64,000 bases of DNA from Candidatus Thorarchaeota archaeon (lineage in GTDB: Archaea > Asgardarchaeota > Thorarchaeia > Thorarchaeales > Thorarchaeaceae): assembly GCA_963726195.1 (NCBI GenBank), contig CAVSBO010000003.1, positions 387,011 to 451,010 on the forward strand. Reading direction: 5' to 3'. Positions 21,918 through 31,254 of this stretch are shown here, piece by piece. The notes under the pieces were generated by a model. That model had not been told where the DNA came from. It did no database searches and saw only the letters and a program-made list of their open reading frames with translations. Each line of letters opens with the position of its first letter. The stretch's first letter is position 1. Both the position numbers and the translations under genes were made by a program.

Positions 21918-21955
21918 GCGGGGTCTGAAATAGACCCTGCTTCTCTCCTTTTTTC
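21918..21955 (+). terminator. hairpin plus T-run terminator after S4
   Basis: GCGGGGTC-TGAAATA-GACCCTGC followed by TTCTCTCCTTTTTT, 17 nt after the S4 stop. Confidence 0.6.
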
Positions 21956-22130
21956 ACATTTCAATCCGGGAGAACACTTGCAGGAAACACAGTCCCAAAT
22001 CCGACCTTACATTCAACAACAATGCGGGGGTCAAATACTAGCGGTAGTTGATTGCGCGGTCTCTGGTTCCAGTTCGTTAGTTCAAGTCATTGAGAAAGGT
22101 ATTTGACCGGTTGTCGGGCGCTATCCGGTC

Positions 22131-22994
22131 ATGGTATCTGTAAGCCCATTCGTTCGTGATGGCAAGTATCTTGTCAGCAAGGTGCATGCAACCTCTGATC
22201 TCCATGCTTCAGTAAAGAGAGCAGTGGACCTCATTGGAGGCCTCGACAAGGCCATCGCTCCCGGCGACACGGTTACGATCAAGCCGAACCTAAACACTGG
22301 AGATCCCTTTCCCGGCTAGCAGTGACGCCAGACTTCATAGAAGCCTTAGGCCGCAACATTCTGGATGCCGGGGCGGAGAAGCTACAGATTATTGACAGAC
22401 TCAATGGTAACGGCTTCGACAAGGGAGATTGCTAGTAAGACCGGGCTGAGCGAGGTTGCGCAAGGACTTGGGGCCGACCTCATTTTTCTCGAGGAGCACC
22501 CCTACACCAAGGTGAAGATACCGAATGGCAAGTTTCTGAAGGAGACTCGCATCGGCAAGCCATTGCTCGACATCGGTAAGTTGGTACTTGCTCCTTGTCT
22601 GAAGACACACAAATATGCGCGATTTACCGCGAGCATGAAACTGTTCGTGGGCTGGATGAACCGACAGGACAGGATTAAGATGCACATGGGCCACCTAGAG
22701 GAGAAGGTGGTCGAGCTGGCATCATTCTTCCATCCGGTCCTCATTGTCATGGATGCAAGAAAGGTGTTCGTGACGGCAGGCCCGGCCTCGGGCCGCGTCG
22801 AGGAACCAGGAATCATTTTGGCAAGCGGAGACATGGTGTCAATCGACGTCGAGGGCATACGCATTCTTCAAAGCTTCAAGGCAGACAACAATCTAAACAC
22901 GAACGTCTGGGACCTGCCTCAGATAGGGCATGCGAGGGAATTGGGAGTCGGCGCACAAAGCGACGAGGACATAGATGTCATCGAGGAAGACTAG
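22131..22994 (+). CDS. DUF362-domain protein, reading frame interrupted twice
   Basis: ORF 22131-22319 (..GDTVTIKPNLNTGDPFPG*) continues in a second frame (AVTPDFIEALGRNILDAGAEKLQIIDR). It then continues in ORF 22365-22994 (..LAPCLKTHKYARFTASMK..IVMDARKVFVTAGP..). Frame switches are at about 22305-22320 and 22390-22405. The family call rests on the IKPN and CLKTH-type motifs. Confidence 0.6.
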
Positions 22995-24997
22995 TCGGTC
23001 TTGCTCGCTTTCGGGAACCATATTCTGAACTCTGCCCCCATCTCTTCGCGACCCGGCACCCTATCTAGAATCTCTATCTTGCCGCCGTATTTCTCGACGA
23101 TTTGGTAGGACTGATGTATGCCCATCCCTCCAAACCGTCTGGCAACGTCGAAGAGAATTGCCTTAGAAGAATCCGGAATACCGGGCCCATTGTCTGCAAT
23201 GGAAACTACATAGAACTGACCCTCGTCTTTCAAGCCAACCCAAACATGCTTGTTTGAACTTGGATTGTGCTCGACCGCATTTACCAGCAGGTTGGAAAGC
23301 AGCAGTTCAAGGTAGTCGTCAGCATAAACCCAAGCGCCCTCCACATCGTATGCGGCTTCAAAGACTGCATCTGACGCACGGCCGGATATGGCTTGGACAC
23401 ATCCTTTGAGAGCGGCATTCAACGGACGCTCTGACAGAGGGATACTCATTAGCTGTTCGGTGGCTCTGACTTCCTCAATCAGTCTGGAGCATCTCTGAAC
23501 AGCGTTCTCTATGACCTCTAGAAGCGATGACTTTCGCTTGTCATCTTGTGCGATACGCAACAGCGCTGCACTGTTAACTACAACTTGCAGCTGATTCTTC
23601 AAGTCATGCCCCATCAAATCAAGATAGAACGAAGCCCTATCCTTCGTGACGTCTGTTGCTCTCTCTACTTTCAGTCGTTCCGTTACGTCAACAATCATTG
23701 TCTGGATTGCTTGGTTGCCCTCATACTCAATCGGACTTGAGAATGCTTCGACCCAGCAGATCTCTCCATCTTTGCGAACAAGACGATACTGATACCTAGG
23801 AGGCACTGCCGTTCGCGCGAAGAGGTTTTGAAGATGCGTCATCACGACGGGCTGGTCTTCAGGATGAATCAGATCCCATATCTCGATCATGTTCATTTTC
23901 ATTAATTCGTCAACGGAAAACCCCACCATTTGGGCGAACGCCTTGTTGACATACACGAAACCCTCGTCACCTATTATCATCATTCCTTGGCTTGACTGTT
24001 CAGCTAGCGCACGGTATTTTGCCTCTGAAGCAAGCAGGTCGGCGTCTTTCTCCACTCGCTCGGTTATGTCAATCAAGAGAATCTGTGATGCAGAAGTTCC
24101 TTCGAAGTCAGTTGATGTGACAAAGGCCTCTACCCAACGGATGGACCCGCCACGAGCAACCAAACGATAGACATAGTGAGAAGGAACGCCCTTGCCCGCC
24201 TTGCGGTTTGCTGCGTATTGCCGCAGAGTCACTTGATCGTCAGGGTGTACCAGAGACCATGCCTTGCTCGAGGACATCCCAACTATCTCGCTTGGTGAGT
24301 AACCAACCATGTTTGCGAAGGCCCCGTTCACATAGACATACTTGTCATTCTGTACGATGACTAGGCCTTGAGTCAACTCTTCTGCCAAAGCCCGGTACTT
24401 CGCTTCTGACTTCTTCAAGGCATCTTCCATCTTTCGATGCTCAGATATGTCGAACACAACCGCAAACGAGCCTTGTCGTGCACCGCTAGCATCGATCAAA
24501 GGAGCACCCGACACGAGAGTTGTAGCCTTGTTTCCTGACTTCGTGGTCCATTCGAGCTCATACTGTGACGAAAGACCCCTAGCCCTCTTGGTGAGCTGTT
24601 TGTCCAGAATCTCTCTGTTGCTCTTGTCCAAGAACTCGTGAATGTCTTGGCTCAAGATTTCTTCAGCTTTATATCCCAGCATTTCGCAGAGGCGTTTGTT
24701 CACGTAAACGAACTTGGCGTCAAGATTCACTACGGTGAATCCTTCGTTCATGCTGTCAACGAGAGCGTGATATCGCAGAATCTCTTCCTGCGCATCTATG
24801 CCACGGCTCTTTGGGGTGTTACTTCGACTCTTCATCAGGCTACAAACCTCGGCGCGCACACCGAATCTTTGGTTAACTGCTCTGCCAAGTCGGTTCATGG
24901 TGCGTACGTACTTGTCTGTTGTGTTGATGTCTCCAGCAACCGCAAAGTGCCCCTTGCCCCTGTTTCCACTGGCACTTGATACACCCATATCCAGCAT
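22991..24997 (-). CDS. multi-PAS sensor histidine kinase
   Basis: There are three to four PAS-like repeats (recurring FVYVNK.F..M.GY..EE and HP.D..). H-box is MGHDLKNQL. The ATPase motifs are NAVEHN, DNGPGIP and GMGIHQSY. The start is uncertain: an alternative ATG at 24835 gives MKSRSNT... The stop overlaps the DUF362 stop (CTAG). Confidence 0.8.
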   Translation of the reverse strand: MLDMGVSSASGNRGKGHFAVAGDINTTDKYVRTMNRLGRAVNQRFGVRAEVCSLMKSRSNTPKSRGIDAQEEILRYHALVDSMNEGFTVVNLDAKFVYVNKRLCEMLGYKAEEILSQDIHEFLDKSNREILDKQLTKRARGLSSQYELEWTTKSGNKATTLVSGAPLIDASGARQGSFAVVFDISEHRKMEDALKKSEAKYRALAEELTQGLVIVQNDKYVYVNGAFANMVGYSPSEIVGMSSSKAWSLVHPDDQVTLRQYAANRKAGKGVPSHYVYRLVARGGSIRWVEAFVTSTDFEGTSASQILLIDITERVEKDADLLASEAKYRALAEQSSQGMMIIGDEGFVYVNKAFAQMVGFSVDELMKMNMIEIWDLIHPEDQPVVMTHLQNLFARTAVPPRYQYRLVRKDGEICWVEAFSSPIEYEGNQAIQTMIVDVTERLKVERATDVTKDRASFYLDLMGHDLKNQLQVVVNSAALLRIAQDDKRKSSLLEVIENAVQRCSRLIEEVRATEQLMSIPLSERPLNAALKGCVQAISGRASDAVFEAAYDVEGAWVYADDYLELLLSNLLVNAVEHNPSSNKHVWVGLKDEGQFYVVSIADNGPGIPDSSKAILFDVARRFGGMGIHQSYQIVEKYGGKIEILDRVPGREEMGAEFRIWFPKASKTD

Positions 24998-25051
24998 CTT
25001 ATATCGCTGTCGAGCAATCGACCAGTCAAACTAGGAGGAAGAAGAATCTCA

Positions 25052-25621
25052 ATGACTGACGAAGTTAAGGTGCAACAAGGTCCGGACTGGAAGAGGTTCT
25101 TGAGGAAGCACTGGAAGGTAGTCGCCATATTCGCAATAGCAGGCGTTTCGGTACTAATCGGAGCAATCTACGTCTTTCTATGGTTTGTAGGGCAAGCTCA
25201 AACAACTGATCTGGTACCATCAAGCTTGGGCCTCTGGACAATGGGAAACATAGTCATGTTCATTTTGTACGCGGTTTTCTGGGAACTAGTCTTCATTGGC
25301 ATTCCAGCAGCCATAGGCGCAGCAGTAGGTTGGCAATGGTGGAGGATGCTGCCGGAAGAAGAGAAGAGAGAATACACTTTCACTGGCAGACGTAACAGTT
25401 CTGGGAGAGCAGGAGGAGCAATAGGTCCACTGCTTTTCATAGCATTCGCGTTCAAGGTCTATTTTGACGGGAACTGGAGTGTCGCCATTTCTACATGGAC
25501 CCTAGACTATGTCGTGAGTTCATTGGTCACCATACTGATCTGGATGGCGATCATATTCGGGATTCCAATGGCGATTGGAGGCCTCTGGTGGCTACGCCAC
25601 GAGATGAACAAAGAAACCTAG
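25052..25621 (+). CDS. hypothetical 4-TM membrane protein
   Basis: 189-aa ORF with four hydrophobic helices and Trp-rich loops. Divergent from the histidine kinase gene. No family recognised. Confidence 0.5.
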   Translation: MTDEVKVQQGPDWKRFLRKHWKVVAIFAIAGVSVLIGAIYVFLWFVGQAQTTDLVPSSLGLWTMGNIVMFILYAVFWELVFIGIPAAIGAAVGWQWWRMLPEEEKREYTFTGRRNSSGRAGGAIGPLLFIAFAFKVYFDGNWSVAISTWTLDYVVSSLVTILIWMAIIFGIPMAIGGLWWLRHEMNKET

Positions 25622-25875
25622 ATTTCGGAGAAGAGCAAAGGTCTTTGCGGTGTGAAATCGCCAGATTGTCAGGGGGTTCGAATCCGACCCCCTGCACTCT
25701 TGTGAGCAGAATTGAAGGGGGTCAAACAGGGCACTGCATCTTGGTCGTTTGTACGATACATTCTCCTTTTTGCGAAGAAAGAGCAGCAGTCTAAGTCCAA
25801 AACGAACTCTCCCACTCAGTTCCATTATGCAGATAAGCGACCTCGACAATCTAGTACTGTTGGAGGAGTTGGACT

Positions 25876-26781
25876 GTGCCTAGCACTGACAGAGACTCTG
25901 TGCTCCCGGTAATCAGGATTACTACCCGAATTTCCAAGCCAGTTGCGGAGGTGTGGAATACGTTCCTGGATCCGGTGATTATGCTGCAGTGGCTAGGCAA
26001 CGAGGTTACATCCGACATAAGGAAAGGTGGTTTTGTCACATTCCGAGGGAAGAATGCTCCGACAAACTCAGAAATTGGGGACACTTGGAGCATAACGAAG
26101 TTCTCCAAGTATAAGGCCATCCTCTGTAGCTGGAGCATAATAGGTGTAGAGACTCTTTTTGTCCTGACGTTCAGTGAAGTTGCTACTGGAGCCCAGCTAG
26201 AACTCAAGCACGGTGCCATCCCTGTTTCTGCAAGCAGGCTTCACTTACCTGAACACTGGAATGTGCTCATGGCGAACTTCAAGTCAGTCACAGAGCTCAG
26301 CGAACCCGCTGTGCGTTTCGACTACTCCGACTACCGCCCTCTTAGAATCACGCGCTACGATCCCAAGGAGGTCCGACAGAGCGTGCTGATACGGGCACCG
26401 CCCTCTCTGCCCTTCGATGTTTGGACCAATCCCGAAAAGCTGCGCCACTTCGTTAGGGCCCCGGAGGCCAAAGTGGACCCCCAGTATGCAGGCATCTACA
26501 CATGGTGGGCAGAAGGTCGAGGTCCAGTGCTCTTGAGGAAGATGGTGCCAGAAAAGGAAATTGAGTTCTCATGGGTATATGAAGACGAGCCAGAGACCAT
26601 AGTCAATGTCAGATTCGACCCTGCTCAGGACTACACTGTAGTCAACCTCCATCACCACGGCTTCCGACAGCCAGAAGACGCTGTGGGATACGATATTGGT
26701 TGGACAAGTATTCTGTGTGAACTCAAACTCGTATGCGAACTGGGCGAATCGGGCATAATGAGATACAGTGACTGGAAGTAG
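25876..26781 (+). CDS. tandem SRPBCC (AHSA1/START-like) domain protein
   Basis: 301 aa in two roughly 140-aa halves, each with an AHSA1-like pattern (I.AP...V/FW......L..W; second half EIEFSWVYEDEPETIVNVRFDP..TVVNLHHHGF). GTG start. Confidence 0.5.
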   Translation: MPSTDRDSVLPVIRITTRISKPVAEVWNTFLDPVIMLQWLGNEVTSDIRKGGFVTFRGKNAPTNSEIGDTWSITKFSKYKAILCSWSIIGVETLFVLTFSEVATGAQLELKHGAIPVSASRLHLPEHWNVLMANFKSVTELSEPAVRFDYSDYRPLRITRYDPKEVRQSVLIRAPPSLPFDVWTNPEKLRHFVRAPEAKVDPQYAGIYTWWAEGRGPVLLRKMVPEKEIEFSWVYEDEPETIVNVRFDPAQDYTVVNLHHHGFRQPEDAVGYDIGWTSILCELKLVCELGESGIMRYSDWK

Positions 26782-26801
26782 AAGCCGCCCATCCATCCCA
26801 G

Positions 26802-27564
26802 TCACGGCAGCAACAATGGTGTTGCTGGAAAGATCAGAAACCAAGCCAGAAAGGCCGTTACCAAGGGAATCAGAAAATTGTCTGTCCAGCTGACGCTCGC
26901 TGCTTCGACGACAGAAACTGCGAGTGCGATGGCAAGAATCTGCGGAATCACCAAGAGGGGTTGCGTGTCGACAGAGTAGATTGCCATAGCGACAATTAGC
27001 GACATGGCTGAGAAAACGAATACTGCCCGCGCTCCCTTCGACAGACTTTCCCCGAAAGCGTTTCCTGACCATAGAGCCTCCAATAGTCCTTCCGAATACT
27101 TCTCCTGCGGCATCGCCCCAGGAGACCGCAAGAATCGCGGCGACAAATATCTCCGGACGGGAATAGAACACAAAGAATACAACAGCGAATGACACGAGCC
27201 CCGCGAAGTTAGCAAAGAACGTACCGAATCTGCTCCCTGAGTCCCTAGTGCCGGCTGCCAACAGCTTGGAAATGCTGTCTTTGTTGTAAACCCATGAGCA
27301 GAGCAAAGCTAAGGCAAAGAGAGCGACCGCGAGGATTGGACCGCTTAGATTGGAGTAAACCACCAATGTGAAACCGATAATGGTTCCCAATGTGGCGTGG
27401 ACCAGCTTTCGAGCAACCCATCGTGACCCGCTGTTTCTTGAAATCAAGTACGCAGTCCCAACCGTGATGCATGCAGCGGCGCCAGTAAACCCCGCGAGCA
27501 CGATGTCTAGTGTTGTGAGCACACCAAGGTAAAGCCCGATCATCTTCTGTGCCTCATTAGCCAA
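26802..27564 (-). CDS. dolichol/polyprenol kinase-like (CTP-transferase-1 family) membrane protein, reading frame interrupted
   Basis: Polytopic N-terminal part with RFRGKSVEGSAG (GKS.EGS motif of dolichol/phytol kinases) in ORF 26569-27564. The hydrophobic C-terminal part (..AVFVFSAMSLIVAMAIY..) is in ORF 26802-27215. The frame switches at about 27024-27032. The long read-through to 26569 overlaps the convergent gene and is spurious. Confidence 0.5.
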
Positions 27565-27789
27565 TTAGCAGCATATCTATTTTCCCCGTAGCACCCACAT
27601 AGAACCGTTCGATAATATCTGAACTGACCGACCGAAAGCATACCAATCTCGACAAGGTGGCATTTTCAAGCATCACGTGTCAGTGGAAGTTAATAGGTGG
27701 AACCAATTCTACTGGCTCGACCGAACACATATTCAGACTTCGTCAGACAAGTCTTTCTGGAATAACCTGCGAAACGAGGTATTCTCAAC

Positions 27790-29073
27790 ATGGACCTAGT
27801 CGGTGCACTTGTCATCGTCGTCTTCATTGTCACATACACTGCGATAACCACTGAGAAAGTCAACAGGACTGCGATGTCGCTGACTGGTATGGCAATTGTC
27901 GCTCTGATCCTTTGGGCCTCGGGGGTCACGTTCCAAGCACTCACCGAGCTCATTACATGGACTGCTGTGCTATTCATAACTGGTCAGATGATAATCGTCG
28001 GCGTATCCCGTGCTTCAGGCATGTACGAGTACCTAGCACTCAAGATTGCATTGCCCAGTGGCGGCAACCCCCCGCGTCTGTTCACTATGTTGCTAGTCTT
28101 TGATTTCTTCATTTCGATGTTTTTCGACACTACATCAACTATGCTCATAATAGGACCGATTACGATCGAGCTGTGCAAGGCCCTAGACCTTGACATCAAG
28201 TCGTTCCTTGTCTCCGAGGCCATCGTTGCAAACTTCGCCTCGATACCTTCGATTGTTGGTGATGTGCCAAACCTAGTAGTGTTCACTGCAACGGGTTTCA
28301 ACCCGGGCTTCCAGTTTGTCGTTCTATTTCCTCTGTCTTTCATTTTGCTGCTCGTGTCTCTGCCCTTGCTGCGCCGCTTCTACCGACACTCCTTCGCCGC
28401 AGGTAACAAAGACACAGCGGAGGAGGTGCTCAAGATAGACCCATCGACCCTCATTCGTTCAAGGCTTGAGTTTTACATGTCGATTGTAGCCATGATTGCG
28501 CTCATACTGGCCTTCACGGTAGGAGTCGCCGCGGGATTAGAGGCGAGCTTGGCGTCCATCACAATCGCCGCAGTCATGCTTCTGGTCACCAGGCGTGATG
28601 TAGACAGGATTCTCAAAGACGTTGGGTGGGGCACTGTCTTCTTCGTAATCGGAATCTTCGGAATTGTCGCTGCATTGGAGTCAACCGGTGTGCTCTCTGA
28701 CATGGTTTCATGGGCGGGCGTAGTCATTGGTGGCGGGGGCAAGATTATGTCTACGTTGTTCATGGTATGGTTTCCTGGCCTGTTGTCATCGGTCATCGAC
28801 AACGTACCGATAGCTGCTTTGTTGGCCCCTCTAGCTGTCAGTGCAGAACTAGCCGGTCCTATGTCTCCTCTTGCGCTTGTCTTCGGCGTTAATGTCGGTG
28901 CTTTTATTCTTCCAATAGGTTCTCCAGCGAATATAATCGCTCTCGCGCTTTCTGAGGCTGAACACGATCCAATCGGGATGAAGGGCTTCGCGAGAGTCGC
29001 GACTCCAATTGCACTACTAATGATGGTTATTGGTACTGGCTGGATTCTGATGCTGGCACTGCTGCTTCCATGA
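27790..29073 (+). CDS. ArsB/NhaD-superfamily permease
   Basis: 427-aa polytopic ORF collinear with 42640-43908 and 44573-45850 (shared strings DNVPIAALLAP-like / GSPANI-like, WGTVFF.IG.FG.V). Family assignment is by overall pattern only. Confidence 0.6.
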   Translation: MDLVGALVIVVFIVTYTAITTEKVNRTAMSLTGMAIVALILWASGVTFQALTELITWTAVLFITGQMIIVGVSRASGMYEYLALKIALPSGGNPPRLFTMLLVFDFFISMFFDTTSTMLIIGPITIELCKALDLDIKSFLVSEAIVANFASIPSIVGDVPNLVVFTATGFNPGFQFVVLFPLSFILLLVSLPLLRRFYRHSFAAGNKDTAEEVLKIDPSTLIRSRLEFYMSIVAMIALILAFTVGVAAGLEASLASITIAAVMLLVTRRDVDRILKDVGWGTVFFVIGIFGIVAALESTGVLSDMVSWAGVVIGGGGKIMSTLFMVWFPGLLSSVIDNVPIAALLAPLAVSAELAGPMSPLALVFGVNVGAFILPIGSPANIIALALSEAEHDPIGMKGFARVATPIALLMMVIGTGWILMLALLLP

Positions 29074-29151
29074 CAAGGGGTCCATCTCATCGAACCGCTC
29101 TTCAACCGTCAACAGAAAAACCGAATAGACACCTCGTGCCCCTCAAAGAGC

Positions 29152-30393
29152 ATGCTTGAGCTGACCGCCGAAGAGGCTCGCAAGTTCATCTTGCATGCTC
29201 AAGGACTTAGAACGCGAAGACCTTCGAAATCAGTCGTCGAAGCAGTCCGCCGGGTCCACAGTGTTCAGATTGACACAATCTCAGTTGTAGCGAGAAGTCA
29301 CGACCTAATACTGTACAACCGCTTGCCAGGATACAAGATTGACGCGGTCTGGGAATGGGAGAGAAAGGGGGACCTATTCGAGTACTGGGATCACATGATG
29401 TGTCTACTACCCATTGAAGACTACCCCTACTGTGCTTGGGCGATGACCAAATACACCGAGAAGACATGGGGCTCACTGGAAAAGTGGGCTGCCAAGAACA
29501 GGGAGCTGGTTGATTCGGTATACTCCAAGATCAAGAGAGACGGAGCGATGTCAAGCTCAGACTTCGGCGGGAGAAGAGAGAGAGGCACTGGATGGTGGGA
29601 CTGGAAAGACGAGAAGAATGCACTCGAATACCTGTATTATGGCGGCCGCCTCATGATCGCGTATAGGGACGGTTTCCAGAAGTACTACGACCTCACAGAG
29701 AGGGTTCTTCCATCCAACGTGAGTCAAGAACCGATGCCAGAAGATGAGGTGCCGCGTTTTGTGACTTCTACAACTCTGTCATCCCTCGGGCTCGCATCGG
29801 CTGAGGACCTGAGACTCTACCGGGGCAGGTTTCCCTCGCACGTTCTTTGGCATGGAAAGAAGACCGAGATTGAGAAGTACCTCGACGTTTTGCGGAAAGA
29901 AGGGCTCGTAGAGGAAGTGTCCGTGGAAGGCATAGACCAGCGATTCTTCATTCTGGCCTCAAATCTGAGAGAACTGAAAAGGGTCATCGAACAGCCCGAC
30001 GAGGATGTGCCCGTCAAGCTCCTCAGCCCATTCGACAACGTAGTTCGCGAGCGTCATCTCCCGAGAGTACTGTGGGGGTTCAATTACAAAATGGAAGCGT
30101 TTGTCCCTGCAGACAAGAGGACGCGGGGATACTATGTGCTTCCCATACTTGATGGATGCAGATTCGTCGGAGGCATCGATGCTAAAGCACATCGGAAAGA
30201 AAGCATTCTCGAGCTGAAGCTCGTCTATCTTGAGAAGTCGCAAGAAAATAGAGAAGGACTCGCAGACCGGCTCGCAGAGGGTTTGAAAGCGTTTGCCAGT
30301 TTCCACAGTTGCGGCAGTATCAAACTGGGTCAGGTGAAACCTCGCGTGTTTGGAAGAGAGCTGGAACTGGCTCTGGGCCTTCTGAAAGCGTGA
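29152..30393 (+). CDS. YcaQ/AlkZ-like winged-helix protein (DUF1006)
   Basis: The N-terminus LTAEEARKFILHAQGL....SVVEAVRRVHSVQIDTISVVARSHDLILYNRLPGY matches the pattern remembered for the crosslink-repair glycosylase YcaQ family. 413 aa. Confidence 0.65.
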   Translation: MLELTAEEARKFILHAQGLRTRRPSKSVVEAVRRVHSVQIDTISVVARSHDLILYNRLPGYKIDAVWEWERKGDLFEYWDHMMCLLPIEDYPYCAWAMTKYTEKTWGSLEKWAAKNRELVDSVYSKIKRDGAMSSSDFGGRRERGTGWWDWKDEKNALEYLYYGGRLMIAYRDGFQKYYDLTERVLPSNVSQEPMPEDEVPRFVTSTTLSSLGLASAEDLRLYRGRFPSHVLWHGKKTEIEKYLDVLRKEGLVEEVSVEGIDQRFFILASNLRELKRVIEQPDEDVPVKLLSPFDNVVRERHLPRVLWGFNYKMEAFVPADKRTRGYYVLPILDGCRFVGGIDAKAHRKESILELKLVYLEKSQENREGLADRLAEGLKAFASFHSCGSIKLGQVKPRVFGRELELALGLLKA

Positions 30394-30565
30394 TTTCTGG
30401 GAGGCCCAGTAGACTTATCTTCTCAGTGTCCTGTTCGTGGTACAGTCGTGAACCGCCGGGGAATCAATAACAGCCATTCAGAAAGAGATATGACTGCAAC
30501 GAAATGCCTGCCACAGCGCAGCGTCAGGGAGATATTTGCCTCTAACAAGACGGTGATGACGACCA

Positions 30566-31150
30566 ATGAAGAAACAAGATGACGGCAGCAAGATTCTGAA
30601 AGCAGTCCTCATTGGAGATGGTGCCGTAGGCAAGACAAGCATGCGACGCAATTATCTGGGAGAAGACTTCATCGAGGGGCACATCGCGACCATAGGCGTC
30701 GACCTTGCAACAAAGCGGATTCTCTTCGAGGGCGATGTCGTGAAGTTCATCGTATGGGACTTGGCAGGACAGCCTACGTTCGAGAAAGTTAGGGGACATT
30801 ACTACCGAGGCTGTAACGGGATTATCCTTGTGTATTCCGTGATTGACCGTAGGTCATTCGAGAATGCATCCAAATGGCTTGTCGAAGCTTATCGCAACAT
30901 GGGAGAGCTGCCGCCAACGGTAATAGTAGGAAACAAGATAGACCTCAGATCCGAGCTTTCTGCGAAGGATGCGGTCAGTTTCGAGGAGGGGCAGAAATTC
31001 GCGGAGTACTTCAAAGCGAAACTCAACGTGCCCGCATACTTCATCGAAACATCTGCCAAAACAGGCGAGAACATTCAGCATACGTTCACAGAGTTGCTAC
31101 GAATGATGAAGCAGGCCGAAACCGGAGAAAGCAACTTGTTCGTAGGCTAA
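30566..31150 (+). CDS. Rab/Ras-like small GTPase
   Basis: G1 GDGAVGKT, switch I ATIGVD, G3 WDLAGQ, G4 GNKIDL, G5 ETSAK. 194 aa. The C-terminus ..ETGESNLFVG has no Cys prenylation motif. Confidence 0.9.
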   Translation: MKKQDDGSKILKAVLIGDGAVGKTSMRRNYLGEDFIEGHIATIGVDLATKRILFEGDVVKFIVWDLAGQPTFEKVRGHYYRGCNGIILVYSVIDRRSFENASKWLVEAYRNMGELPPTVIVGNKIDLRSELSAKDAVSFEEGQKFAEYFKAKLNVPAYFIETSAKTGENIQHTFTELLRMMKQAETGESNLFVG

Positions 31151-31254
31151 GTCGTCGATCTGCCATAGCCCCTGAGCTCGATTTCATCGAACCCAAACCG
31201 TTATTAGCGTAGCAGTTTCACTATAGTTAAGGAACAAAGGAGAAAGGGGTCCAG

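Noticed and set aside
25664-25700. tRNA-like GGTTCGAATCC T-loop string (CAGGGGGTTCGAATCCGACCCCCTG)
   Set aside because: I could not build a cloverleaf. With G53 set before TTCGAAT, the 3' T-stem would be CCGAC, which does not pair with GGGGG. No matching acceptor or anticodon arm exists within 90 nt upstream on either strand. It folds only as a 7-bp hairpin with an 11-nt loop, and might be a tRNA-derived relic or a simple hairpin.
26569-26801. C-terminal continuation of ORF 26569-27564 overlapping the convergent SRPBCC gene
   Set aside because: After the GKSVEGSAG motif this frame becomes Arg/Ser/Cys-rich nonsense. The hydrophobic continuation expected for the family is in the other frame (ORF 26802-27215).
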